Assembly: GCA_001643675.2 (NCBI GenBank)
Contig: LSRY02000067.1
Coordinates: 205,242-269,241 of the forward strand
Direction: 5' to 3'
Length of the DNA: 64,000 bases
Source of the DNA: Monocercomonoides exilis PA203
Taxonomy: Eukaryota; Protista; Preaxostyla
Both the position numbers and the translations under genes were made by a program. Shown piece after piece: positions 37,709 to 49,727 of the stretch (positions are counted from its first letter, which is position 1; every line of letters begins with the position of its first letter). Below the pieces are notes generated by a model, which saw only the letters and a program-made list of their open reading frames with translations, ran no database searches and had not been told where the DNA came from.

Positions 37709-38139
37709 GAAATTGAAATACATTTCACTTTATAACTCAAAAATCAATGAACTGTGAAATTATTTACCAGTTTTCCTAATTCTCCATTATTTTATATTGG
37801 AAATTTCAGCTTTGAAAGCCCAGAAGTTTTTTATTGAATGAGTTTAACGAATATTGGATTGTTTTTTGAAATTGTAATTTTTTTTCTCAACACACATAGA
37901 AAAATTCAACAAGCTTGATTCTTTTGCCTTTCATTTTTTTGTTTCTCATTTTAAATTATATTCTTCAAAACAAATGTTCGTTTTTCTCGAAAATTCTTGG
38001 TATTCTTTGAAAAAGCACTTTCATCTATTTTGCAAATCATAATTCCCATTTTTCTTGAGGGAATGAGTATTCTGCACAAAAAATAACAAAATGGAAATGC
38101 AAAAAGATGAAGAGAATGTTAATGCAGATAAATTATAAA

Positions 38140-39400
38140 TACACAAAAAAATCTTGATAATCATTTATTAAACGAAAATCACCAAATTCGCTGTGACAAA
38201 TATTATGGAACAGTCCATTGATGCAATCTTCATATCCGTCTTCTTCCATCCTTTCAAATATCTTTATTTGAATGTCTTTTCTTTCTTTTTCTTCGATTTT
38301 TCCTTACTCCTTTCTTTTCAGCCGCTTTGAAATCGCAGATGAAAATCTCAGGCATTCACATGTCATTTCATCACCCAACTTTGTTTTCCGAATCTTCTCC
38401 AAAATAACATCGACAGCTACACTTTTCAACAAGTTACCAATTTTCACTGCTTTGTTAATCTCTTCTTCTCCAAAACAATAAAGGCATTGCAATTGTATTC
38501 CCATGGTATAATATCGAAAAGCACGAAATATATGGGTGATTATTTATTAAATCGTTTCATTTTTGGGAGTAGTTGACTTCATATGTTTTGTTTTTTCGAA
38601 GAGGAATTTTTTCACACAAATACAAAAATAATGATAATTGTCAAAAACAATGACATTTGAAATAGTGTAAATGAAAAAATTAACAAAAGAAAGAGTTGTA
38701 TTTTTTTATCGTTCAATTATCAATATGGGTGATTATTTTTGAAATCATATCTTTTTTCGGGGTGTTGATTTTTCAAAAATTGTTTTCCTTTGGGAAGAGA
38801 CTTTGTATTCAAATGCTAATATAATCACAACTATTCCAAAAGCTAATGCATAATCTGAAATAAAAATTAAGAGGTCTGGAATTTGTCTGTTCACTTTTCA
38901 GTGTTCATTGGTTGACATTTGAAAAAAATTTTCAGTTCGAAAATTTTGAATGAAAAAATGTGATTTTAAAAATAATCGCCCATATTCAAAGTGAATTCTC
39001 AAATTGAAATTTTTGATTGAGAAAATGTTAGTTCAAAAAAATCACCAGTCCACAAGGCAGCCAATGAGTCCATCAAGTTCATTTTTTCACAATTTGCATA
39101 AGAATAAGCCATAAATAATATCCACCAGTTATTTCCTTCAAATACACATATTTATTCCAGCGTCTATTAAAAAGTGAGTGGAAAAAAATAAGAAAAGCAA
39201 AATGAAAAAGAAATATTAACAAAAAATTTTGGCTAAAGGAAATCGAAGAAAGCAAAGCCATTTCCACTTTTTTTTTTAGTCTCATCATTTCACTCTTTTC
39301 TCAAAACAACTTTCAGAAGATTTTGCACTCAAATTGAAAGCAAATTCTTTGAAACCCAACCGTTGAAAAAATTATAGTTTTCACAAAGATCAGCAATAAA
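38140..39400 (-). pseudogene. Helical protein family, copy 3, fragmented by MITEs
   Basis: Remnants KKVEMALL, VYLKEI, AVKIGNLLKSVAVDVILE, FERMEEDGYED. Confidence 0.7.
38723..38985. mobile_element. MITE family B, copy within the pseudogene (a further partial copy starts at ~38529)
   Basis: ATATGGGTGATTATTTTTGAAATCA ... TGATTTTAAAAATAATCGCCCATAT. Confidence 0.75.
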
Positions 39401-42400
39401 TTATTCGTTGTTAACATCATTTGGGTGATTTTTTTGATGTGGGTGATTTTTTTTGAAATCATAAAAAATAACGAAGTTTGATCATAAAAAATTTTCATAA
39501 AGGGTGAGGTTGAAAAGATTAATTTTTTTTGAAATTGCATGAAAATATTGATCGATATATTATAATTATTAATTATTTGTTGATTTTAATTTGTTTCCAA
39601 TCGTTTTTATTTCAAATATCGAGAAATAAAAATAATTTCTAAAAAAAAAACGAAAATTCGATAAACCTAATAAAACATTAGTTAACTGGTTTATAAAACA
39701 AAAAAACAATAATAACAATAAGTTGTCAATCAATTTTTTATATAAAAATTAATTTTTTGATGTTATTGCAAAGAAATTTTTAAATTAATTTTGAAGATCA
39801 TAAAACATTTGTTGAATTTTATCAATTCATATTAACACTTACGCAAAAATATAATAGTAACATAAGACACTCATCAAGTTATCAACTGTTTGTTGATAAA
39901 TTTGTTTGCAAACAAATAATCTTAGAAATATTTAATTATTATCTAAATATCAAACAAAGTTTTAGATAAATAAAGAAAATATTAAAAAATGAAAAGAAAC
40001 TCGTCAATTTTTGCTTTTTCCACTAATAAAGCTTTTATCGCACGAACATCTTCATTTTATCTTCCTCTCTTTGTTTCTCCTCTGATTCTCTCTATCTCCT
40101 TCTCATCAATAATATGTCATCCAGTTATCTGCCTCCTTCGATGCTCTGTTTTTGTCCGCCTGTTCGTTTTGAGAACAGATTGGTTAATAACCAGTTTCAC
40201 ATGAAAGGATATGAACAACAAAATGGTGCATGAATATAAAGCGCTGAACCATTGTTCTAGTATCCTTGTAGCGCCCATTTCTCCATATCGCTTCTGCATC
40301 CCCTTCCGCGGAACTCGCATCCCTCCGTTCACTTTCTCTTTGCTCGCTGGAGTTGACGTTGTGTCCATCTGCCCGTCTGTTCTGGCTGACTCCGATGATT
40401 TTGGGCTACCTGCTCCAGGATCCAGAAAAGTCTTCGCTTTGGACTCTGCCTGCGTCACCTTTCACCGCGCTCACCAGATATTCGTTAACCAGCACACTGG
40501 CTTCTCTTTCCATCAGTGCGGCTCCCCGCTTTCCTCCGCGCTTCTCTCTCCACAGTCGTCCACCACATCTCCCCTTCCATCGGCAACATCCTCTGGATCT
40601 GATGCTCCTCCTTCTTCGACGCCCCGACCTCCCTTGCAAACATCCGATCCGAGTTCGTACAGTAGAGTCTTATTCTTGTTCTTTTAAACATTATCAGTTG
40701 GCTACAGATGCATTTCTCAATGGCTGTATCATCCTTAAAGTTATTCCTCCCTCTATTTCTCCCTTCGCATCCCTCCTCTTTTCTCTTTCTTTCCATCCTT
40801 TCCTTCTTCCTTCTCTCCTTCTCTCTCATCCTCCTTGCCCAGATCTCATCCTCTCTCATTTCCAGTACTTTCATTCCTTTCTCAGTTAACCTCAGCTCCG
40901 GAGGGCATTTCAGTATGAGGCCAAAATCCCTTCTTCTTCATAGCACACAAGCTTCTCAATGCACCATCCATCAACAGGCAGAAGCAATACGTTGTCTTCC
41001 ATTGTGCTTCTCCGCCGGCATGTCTCAGCACATCCGACCCAGTGGTGGAGAAGAGAAGGAAGTGTGAAATGGAGCGAGCACTGTATTTCTTGAAGAACAG
41101 AAGAAGAAGAGGAAGATGAAGAAAACGAAGAAGAAGAAGAATATATAACTGAGTCTGAATGTGGAGACGATGTTGAAATAGTCAGACGAATTTATACTGA
41201 AGAAGATGGAAATAATTTTCCATCTGGTTTAGAAAAGGCTTTTGATGAGAAGTGATGATACCATTTGGCTGATTTTCTGCATCATCTTCGTTTCCCTCAT
41301 GTGTCGTTTCAGGAGAACTGTGAGTTTCTGCTATTTTGGCTTCAATTTCGCTTTTTTTTTCATTTTCATTTCCTTTCTCAGATTTCTTTTTTGAAGAAAT
41401 AGAATGGGAGAGCAGGATTGATGAAAATGGAGAAGAGGACAATGAAGATGAAGATGGATATGAAAAAGCAGTGGAAGAAGATGACATCAAAGAAGAAGGT
41501 GATCGAGACGAGTTCCGCTTCTAACTTGCTTCCGGCTTCCTCTTTTGTTTTTTGAATTCAGCTGCATTTTGCGTGAGAGTTGAGAATGGATATATTATAG
41601 AGATCGGTTTGAGGGTGTTGCTGCTGTGTTTTTTATTTTTTTTTAATTTTTTTATTTTATTTTATTTTATTTTTTTTTTTTTTTTGATTGTGTGTGAGTG
41701 GTTGGCAGCAATGAAGAAATTGTTTGAAAACAGATGCATTTTGAGAGAATGATAAGGAAGATAAACCAGAAGATGAAGAAAAAATAAATGATGATGATGT
41801 AGCTGTAATAGCTTTTGAATGAAGAGATATGGCCGATACTGATGATCTGGGTTTTGAATGAGATGACTTTGAGGAATGAGTTTGTAAAAAATGCAAAGAA
41901 GAGGAGGATGAAGAAGCAAAAGTGTTTGGAGTTGACAGAGAAGGATGTGGAACTTCAATTTCACTTCTCTAAGCAGAAGAATCCGAAGAAGGAGGAGAAG
42001 AGGAAGAAGCTTCTTTCATGCTTTTTTTGCTGTGTTTGACGATTATCTTGTGAAATACAAAGAAAACTTACAAATAGTGAGTTTTTCTTATAAGGATCAG
42101 AAGAAGAAAAATAATAAGTTTTGAAATCGAACATCTTAAAACGCATTCGCATTTTCACTTCGCTTTGGCTCCGAATGTTTTTGTTTTTTTTTGGAACATA
42201 ATTTTCATTTTGCTTTTCTTTTTATTCTTCTTTTGATGTTCTTTTGAAGGAGACATGTTTTCTGAAATATTATCTTCTCCTTTTTCTATAGACAGAAATG
42301 TGATTTTATTCTGAATGACATCTGCAAAGCTTCCATATTGAACAGCTTGCCAGAAAAAATTATTGATCTTTTCGAATCGACAGCGCCTTCATTATCCAAA

Positions 42401-45400
42401 CAAATGGAGGCGATTCGAAATGCTCCTTCATCAACACCTTCCTCTTGTTCACTTCGCTTTTGAAGTTCGATTCGCTTTTCTGAATTTTCTTCTTCTTCAA
42501 ATACGAGACAAACGCATTTCTCTTCTTCTCAGCCTTCTCCAGCGCTTTCCTCTGCTCGTCTTCGAGCTTTTCCCGCTCTTTCTCTGAGTTCTCATTCTCT
42601 TCCTCCAGCTGCTCCTTTGTCTCCTTCTCTGCCTCTTCCTTCTGTATCTTCTCTATCTTCCACTGTGTCGCTTTCTCTTTCTCAATTCTATCGATGCGGC
42701 TTGGAATAGCCGACTATATAGGTTCAGGAAAGCACAATGACGAAGAAGAAACGGGATGCTAAATTTGATTGGTGAAAGTTGGGGTATTGGTGGAAAAAGG
42801 AGATATAGATAACTTTGAAAAAGGAGGTGAAAGTGATGGTGTTGAAGGAGGTAAAGCATTATCAATATGATTGTAATCAGATGGAATTTGTGAGGATAGA
42901 GAAGAAGAAGATAAGATGATTATAAAGAAGAGGAGAAAGGAGAAGAAGAGAATGATGCTGATGTAGTTGGCTGAGGAGTTGATTGAAGAGTATGATTTGG
43001 TCCATTTAACGTTGTGTTAATAGCATTTTGCTGGTTAAAAGGCAAGTTTTTCATTCTTTCTGCTTCTCTTTCTCTTTCTTCTCTCAGCTTCCTTTCTTTT
43101 ATTCACCTCAATCTTTCATCAAATTTCTGTCTCACCTTCATTCATTGCTCCTTTCACCACATCCACATCTTTCATTTCCTCCTCAAACAACTTGTCATCT
43201 GCACGCGCAATATCACCAGCTGACATCAGAGTCAGTATCCTTTCATGTGTCAGCAACGAATACAGCGAAAGAAAATCTGTATTCTTTTTCTCCTCTTTCC
43301 TCCTCTTCATCCCTACCAATGAAGCATGAATTCCGCTTCGTGGATCCTTTGCGTATTTGTTGGAACTTTGTGGAGGGATCAATAAAGAAATCTGAGGGAT
43401 AGACAAAGCAGAGGATGATGATTGAGAAACAGATGGGGTCAAAGCTTTGTTAGCAGTTGTATTCTTTGACATAAAGAAATCATCATCTTCTTCTTGAAGC
43501 AGAACCATGTTATCTTTGCTGCATTTCTTCCTTCAACCTGCCATGTTTTTTTGTCTTTTCCTTTGGATCACTGAAAAACGTTTTGAAGCGCTGTGAATAA
43601 GAAGAAAATGATCATGAAATCACTGAATATGTGTCACGAGCATGCCTATCTTTCAACGAAGCTGATTTCGACACTTCAGACTCACTTCCGTTCAAAACAC
43701 TCTGCTCGCTTTTCCTTCTCTCTTCTTCCTCTTTGTCTTCGACAATAAATTGCCCCTTTCCTCTTATATTTTTCCTCATTGCATTCTCCCCTGCTGCTTC
43801 TGCTTCCTGCTTTTTGACAATTGAACATTAAAACTCTTTCTCTGAAACGACTTTTCTAGACAATTGTTATTCTTCGAAGTATAAAACTCTAAATGATGTT
43901 CTGCTTCCATCAAATGACTCCAAATGGATCATTCTATCAACTTTTCTATTTGAAGTTCCATCTTTCTCTATCTTTTAATATTTCTCATGTTCAATTCTTT
44001 TCCCTCTTTCTCTTCCTCTTTCATTCATTTGTTCATTCTCGTTCATATTCTTCATTTTCTTCCTGTTGACCTCTTTTTCTTTTCTTCCCAGCATCTGCCT
44101 GAAGAACTCCGTTTCAAACAAAAGGGCATCCGCATAACAGAAGAACGATGGATGGAAAAGCGGTGTTAACGAAGGAGAAGAACACATCAGAGTGAATTGG
44201 TGAGTGTGTGGGTGTGTTATAAAAAGAAGGCGCGCGTTTTGATGAGTGAGGGAGTTGAGAAAGAGGCAGCAGAGACAAGGGTGGAGTCGTGAGATAGAAA
44301 GCAGAGAGGAAGAAGAGAGAGGAAAATGAATTGTTTGTGTGATTGAACTGAGGCATGGCTCACTGGCGTCAAAGGAAGTTTTCACAGAGGAAGCTGAAGA
44401 AGATGTAAATAAAGATGTTGCTGTTGGGTTTGGAAAAATAGAAGCAGAACTTGATGATGATGAAAAGAAAGAAGATTCATTTAAAGTCATTTCAAATGTT
44501 GTTGTTTGAGCATTTGCTGCTTGATAAATCTGTTTGTTTTTGTGGAAATACGGATGAATAGCGATTGTGGGGACGATCATTCCTCCTCTCTCTTTCCTCT
44601 CCCGCTCTTCTTCTGCCCTTTCTTCTTCAAAGTCATCCAAGTCCAAAATGTCGTATCGAGTGCCTGAAACATCATAGCTCAGTTCGTTGAGCCTTCCTTC
44701 TCCCCCAAAAGACGATGCAGAAACCGGAGAATGGCGCACCAGCGAAGAACGAGGCGATGAGTTTTCAGTCAATTCCTTGTCCTCCTTTGCATGTTTTGTC
44801 TTTGATATTTTGTCTTTGTTCTCTGTCAGCTTTTTCAGCCTCTCTCTTTCTGAGATCAGATCCTCCAGCGACTCAAAGTAGATGTCCATTTCTCTGCCCC
44901 ACTTCACTCCACCCACATAATTGAATGAAACATCAATGTACGGAGTGAATAAGGCATTTTGCGAAGAAATCTGTGATTGTTCTGTTTCAGAAGAAAAAAA
45001 GGAAGAAGAAGAGGAAGAAGAATTGGAAGGATAAGAAGAAATTGAAGATGAAACAGAAGAAGGAGAACAAGAAGATGAAAATGCAGAGGAAAAGAGATAA
45101 ACCTGAGGTATATCATGAGGAGCAAAAGAGTTGGAGTGATGAAGATGGAGATGATGACTTCATTTTCGATGAGAAAGATGAAAAAGATGAGAAGAATTGG
45201 AAGAAGGAAGGAAGAAATCAGTTGTGGTGTTGTTGGGGTATTTGTATGAGGAAGAAGGATGGGAATAAATGGAAAAAGAAGAAGTAGAAGCAGAAGAAGA
45301 AGATCATAACGAAGATGAAATTCCTGAAATTCCTTGATATTCTCCATGCTTCTTCTGTTTGTTTGCATCATCATTCATTCTGTTTGAAGATAAATTGAAA

Positions 45401-45920
45401 TTCTGCTTGTCTGGAGAAGGAAGAAGATGTGTTTCTTCTCTTTGAAAAGAGCGATGGGGAAAGGAAAAGATATTGGATTTGAGACGATCAGATGAAGAGG
45501 AGGAAGAAGATGATGAGGAAGATGATAAAGAAGAAGAAGAAGAAGAAGAAGAAGAAGAAGAAGAAGAGGAGGAGGAGGAGGAGGAGGAGGAGGAGGAGGA
45601 GGAAGAAGAAGAAGAAGAAGAAGAAGAAGAAGAAGAAGAATTTAATTAAGCAGAAGGAGAAAGAGAAGAAAAGGAAGAAGAAGAAGATAATGAAATATGA
45701 AGGGAATCTTGATTTGTATTATTTATTGAAGTGACAGAAGAAGAAGAATTTAATGGAGAAGGAGAAGAAGAGGGAGAAAGAGAAAGAGAAGAGGAGGAGG
45801 AGGAAGAAGAAATAAAAGAGAAGGAAGAGAAGGAAGAAGAGAAGAAGAAAGAAAAAAGAATAATTCCATTTGAAATTCAAAATTTTAATATAACATTTTG
45901 GAAGATGTTTATTTCATTGG

Positions 45921-48900
45921 ATGAGAGAGAAAGAGAAAGAGAAGGAGAAGGAGAAGGAGAAGAAGAAGAAGAAGGAGAAGGAGAAGGAGAAGGAGAAAGA
46001 GAAGGAGAAAGAGAAAGAGAAAGAGAAAGGAAGGGAAGGAAAGGAAGAAGAAAAGGAAGAAAGAGAAGAGAAAATTAAAGAAGAAGAAATAAAAGAAGAA
46101 GAAGAAGAAGAATATCAAAGAGGATTTATATTGGAAGATGTGGCAAAGGACAATGAATTATCAAATGAAGAAAGAAGAAAGAAAGAAGGAGAAAGAGAAG
46201 AAGAAGGAAACAAAAAAGGAGAAAGAAAAGAAGAAGAAGAAATAAACAATGAGAAAGAGGAAAATGTTTTGTTTTGTATAAAAACTGGATTTAAACTAGA
46301 TGAAGATGAAGAAAGTGAAGAAGCTAACGAGAAAGAAGAGAAAGAAGAGAAAGAGAAAGAAGAGAAAGAAGAGAAAGAAGAGAAAGAAGAAGAAGAAGAG
46401 AAAGAGAAAGAAATAAAAGAAGAACTAAAAGAGAATAATAATAATAATAATAATAACATCAGTAATGATAAAGAAATGATTGACTGTTATTCAACACCAA
46501 TGGAATTGATGGAGAGCATAGAAAAGATAGCTGAAGAGAGGAGGAGGAGGAGAAGAAGGAGAGAGAGAAATATTGAAGATAAACCAATTGAAAAGAAAGA
46601 AGAAGAGGAAGAAGAAGAAATGAAGATAGAGAAGAAAAAAGAGAAGAAGGAAGAGGAGAAAGATGAAATAAAGAAAGAAATGAAGAAAGAAAGTGAAAAA
46701 GAAGAAGATAAAAATGAAAAGAAGAAGAAGGAAAAGAAGGGTAACAACGTCATCAAGAATGAAATAGAATCAACAAAACAAGTTACAAAGAAGAAAATCA
46801 AAGAAGAAGAGAAAGAAGAGAAAGAAGAGAAAGAAGAGAAAAAGGAGAAAGAAGAGGAGATTGAAAAGAAATTGGAGAAATTAGAGAAGTATTTGAAAGA
46901 AGAAGAAGAAAACAAAAAGAAGAAAGCGGAAGAAGAAAGAGAAAGAGAAAGAGAAAGAGAAGAAGAAGAAGAGAAGAAGAAGAAGATAAAAGAGGAGAAG
47001 AAAAAGCAAATGATGGAGAGGAAGAAGAAGATAATGGAGCAGCAGATGAAGAAAGAGGAAGAGAGGAGGAAGAAAAGAAAAGAAGAAGCAGAAAGAAAAA
47101 GAAAAGAAATTGAAGAAATCCAAAGAAGAAATGAAGAAATGTATAGAAAACAAAGAGAAGAGCTAGAAATGAAGCTGAAAGAAGAAGAAGAGAAGAAAAG
47201 GAGAATTATAGAAGAAAGAAAGAAAGCAATAGAAGAAGAGAAGAAGAAGAAAGAATTTAGAGAGAAAGAGAAGAAAGAGAATGAGAAGATGAAGAGAATG
47301 GAAGATATTTGTGTGGAAAGGATGAAGAAGAGGAAGAAAAGAGAAGAAGAAAGAAGAGAAGAAGAAGAAAGAAGAAGAATGTTTGAAGAAGAAGCAAGAA
47401 GTGCATTAGAGATGGAGAGAAGAAGAAGAAAGGAAGAAGAGAAGAAGAAGAGAGAAAGAGAAGAAATGAAGAAAGAAGATGAAATGATGATGATGTTTAG
47501 AGAGAAAGAGAGAGAAAGAGAAGAAGGAGAAGCCAAAGAAAGAAAGATGATGGAGAAGGAAGAAGAAGAAATAAAGAGAAGAATAGAGAAGATGATGAAG
47601 GAGAAAGAGAAGAAGAAGAGAGAGAAAGAGAAGAAGGAGAGGAAGAAGAGGGAAATGGAAGAAAAAGAGAGGAGAAAGAAAGAAGAAGAAGAAAGAAGAA
47701 GAGAAGAAGAAGAAAGAAAGAAGAAAGAGGAAGAAATGAAAAGAATAGAAGAAGAAGAGAGGAAGAAGAAAGAAGAAGAAGAAAGAAGAAGAAGATTAGA
47801 GCAGAGAAGAAGGGATAAAGAGAGAGAGAGAGAGAAGAGAAAGCAAATAGAGGCAGAAAGAATGAAGAAGGAGAAAGAGATGGAGAGGAAGAAGAAAGAA
47901 GAAATAATGAAGAAAGAGGAAGAATTGAAGAGGAAAGTGAAAGAAGAGCTTAGAAAAGTGTATTTGATGGAGAAGAAGCAAAGAGAAGAAGCAGAAGAAA
48001 GAGAAAGAGAAAGAGAAAAGGAAAAGGAGAAGGAGAAGATGAGAAGGAAGAAAATAGAAGAGGAAATGGAAGAAGAAAGAAGAAGAAAGAAGAAGAAGAA
48101 GAAAGAAGAAGAAGAAGAAAGAAAGAGAAAAGAAAGAGAAGAAGAAGAAGAAGAAGAAGAAGAAGAGAAGAAGAGAAGAAGAGAGAAAAAGAAGAATGTT
48201 GGAGCAAATTATGAAGATGGAGAGAGAAAGAAGAGAACAAGAAAGATTGAAGAGAATAAAAGAAGAAGAAGAAGAGAAGGAGAAAGAGAGAAAGAGAAAG
48301 GAAGAAGAAGAAGAAGAGAAAGAGAGAGAAAGAAGAAGAAAGGAAGAAGAAGAAGAAGAAGAGAAGAAGAGAAAGAAGAGGAAGAAGAGGAAGAAGAGGA
48401 AGAAGAGGAAGAAGAGGAGGAAGAAGAAGATTTAGAGGAAGAAGATGATGACATTGAAAATGATGAATATGAATATGAATATGAAGAAGAAGAAGAAGAA
48501 GATTATGAATTGGAAGAAGAAGATGATGATGAAGAAGAATACGATGAGGAGGAGGAGGGAGGAGGGAGGAGGAGGAGGAGGAGGAGGAGGAGGAGGAAGA
48601 AGAAGAAGAAGAAGAAGAAGAAGAAGAAGAAAATGATGAAAAAGAAAGAAGGAGAAGGAAGAGAAGGAGAAGAAGAAGAAGAAAGTGAACCAGAAGCCCC
48701 AGCAATTCCTTCTATACCTTCTTCTCCTTCTCCTTCTTCTTCTTCTCATTCTCTTTCGAATGATTCAGAAGTGAATGAGTTTGATTTTGGGTTTGAAATG
48801 AATGAAGAAGAAGGAGAAAGAAGAGAAAGAGAAGAAAGAGAAGAAGAAAAACCAAAAATACCTGAAATTCCATCATATTCTTCATCAGAAGAAGAAGATA

Positions 48901-49727
48901 ATGATTTTGTTATTAATTCTTCTTCTTCTTCTTCTTCTCCTCTTCCTCCTCCAATCCCAATGAATGAAGAAGAAGAAGAAGAAGAAGAGAGAGAAAGAAA
49001 AGAAGAGAAAGAGAAAGAGAAAGAGAAAGAGAAAGAGAAAGAAGAAGAAGAAGAAGAAGAAGAAATGAAGAAGCTAATGAAGATGAATGGAGAAGGAATA
49101 ATTGAATATTCGATAGAAGAAATGAAAAAAGAACAAGAAGAAAGAAGAAGAGAAATAAAAATGCATTTGAAGAAGATGAAGGAGAAAGAAGAAGAAGAAG
49201 GAAAAGAAAGAGAAAGAGAAGAAAGAGAAAAGAAATTGAAAGAATTGAGAGAAAGTTTGATTATTAAAGAAGAAGGAGAAGGAGAAGGAGAAGAGAAAGA
49301 AGAGAAAGAAGAGGAAGAAGAGGAAGAAGAGGAAGAAGAGGAAGAAGAGGAGGAAGAAGAAGATTTAGAGGAAGAAGATGATGACATTGAAAATGATGAA
49401 TATGAATATGAATATGAAGAAGAAGAAGAAGAAGATGATGATGAAGAAGAATACGATGAGGAGGAGGAGGGAGGAGGGAGGAGGGAGGAGGAGGAGGAGG
49501 AGGAGGAGGAGGAGGAGGAAGAAGAAGAAGAAGGAGGAGAAGAGAATGGAAGAAGAAGAAGAAAAGAAGAAGAAGAAGAAGATGTTGATGGAGTTGAAGA
49601 AGAAGAGGAAGAGGAGGAGGAAGAGGAAGAGGAAGTAGTAGTAGTAGTAGTAGTAGAAGAAGAAGAAGAAGAGGAAGAGGAAGAGGAAGAGGAAGAGGAA
49701 GAAGAAGAAGAAGATTGGTGGAAGTGA
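45921..49727 (+). CDS. Glu/Lys/Arg-rich coiled-coil low-complexity ORF (local frameshifts likely)
   Basis: 1268-codon ORF with islands of complex sequence (IDCYSTPMELMESIEK, EPEAPAIPSIPSS, NEFDFGFEM); purine-rich strand. Confidence 0.5.
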   Translation: MREKEKEKEKEKEKKKKKEKEKEKEKEKEKEKEKEKGREGKEEEKEEREEKIKEEEIKEEEEEEYQRGFILEDVAKDNELSNEERRKKEGEREEEGNKKGERKEEEEINNEKEENVLFCIKTGFKLDEDEESEEANEKEEKEEKEKEEKEEKEEKEEEEEKEKEIKEELKENNNNNNNNISNDKEMIDCYSTPMELMESIEKIAEERRRRRRRRERNIEDKPIEKKEEEEEEEMKIEKKKEKKEEEKDEIKKEMKKESEKEEDKNEKKKKEKKGNNVIKNEIESTKQVTKKKIKEEEKEEKEEKEEKKEKEEEIEKKLEKLEKYLKEEEENKKKKAEEEREREREREEEEEKKKKIKEEKKKQMMERKKKIMEQQMKKEEERRKKRKEEAERKRKEIEEIQRRNEEMYRKQREELEMKLKEEEEKKRRIIEERKKAIEEEKKKKEFREKEKKENEKMKRMEDICVERMKKRKKREEERREEEERRRMFEEEARSALEMERRRRKEEEKKKREREEMKKEDEMMMMFREKEREREEGEAKERKMMEKEEEEIKRRIEKMMKEKEKKKREKEKKERKKREMEEKERRKKEEEERRREEEERKKKEEEMKRIEEEERKKKEEEERRRRLEQRRRDKEREREKRKQIEAERMKKEKEMERKKKEEIMKKEEELKRKVKEELRKVYLMEKKQREEAEEREREREKEKEKEKMRRKKIEEEMEEERRRKKKKKKEEEEERKRKEREEEEEEEEEEKKRRREKKKNVGANYEDGERKKRTRKIEENKRRRRREGEREKEKGRRRRRERERKKKKGRRRRRREEEKEEEEEEEEEEEEEEEEEEDLEEEDDDIENDEYEYEYEEEEEEDYELEEEDDDEEEYDEEEEGGGRRRRRRRRRRKKKKKKKKKKKKMMKKKEGEGREGEEEEESEPEAPAIPSIPSSPSPSSSSHSLSNDSEVNEFDFGFEMNEEEGERREREEREEEKPKIPEIPSYSSSEEEDNDFVINSSSSSSSPLPPPIPMNEEEEEEEERERKEEKEKEKEKEKEKEEEEEEEEMKKLMKMNGEGIIEYSIEEMKKEQEERRREIKMHLKKMKEKEEEEGKEREREEREKKLKELRESLIIKEEGEGEGEEKEEKEEEEEEEEEEEEEEEEEEDLEEEDDDIENDEYEYEYEEEEEEDDDEEEYDEEEEGGGRREEEEEEEEEEEEEEEEGGEENGRRRRKEEEEEDVDGVEEEEEEEEEEEEEVVVVVVVEEEEEEEEEEEEEEEEEEEDWWK
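48367..49480 (+). repeat. ~190-200-bp direct repeat pair (about 48367-48570 and 49297-49480) within GAA/GAG microsatellite
   Basis: Both encode EEDLEEEDDDIENDEYEYEYEE...EEYDEEEEGG; the second lacks TATGAATTGGAAGAAGAAGAT. Confidence 0.8.
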
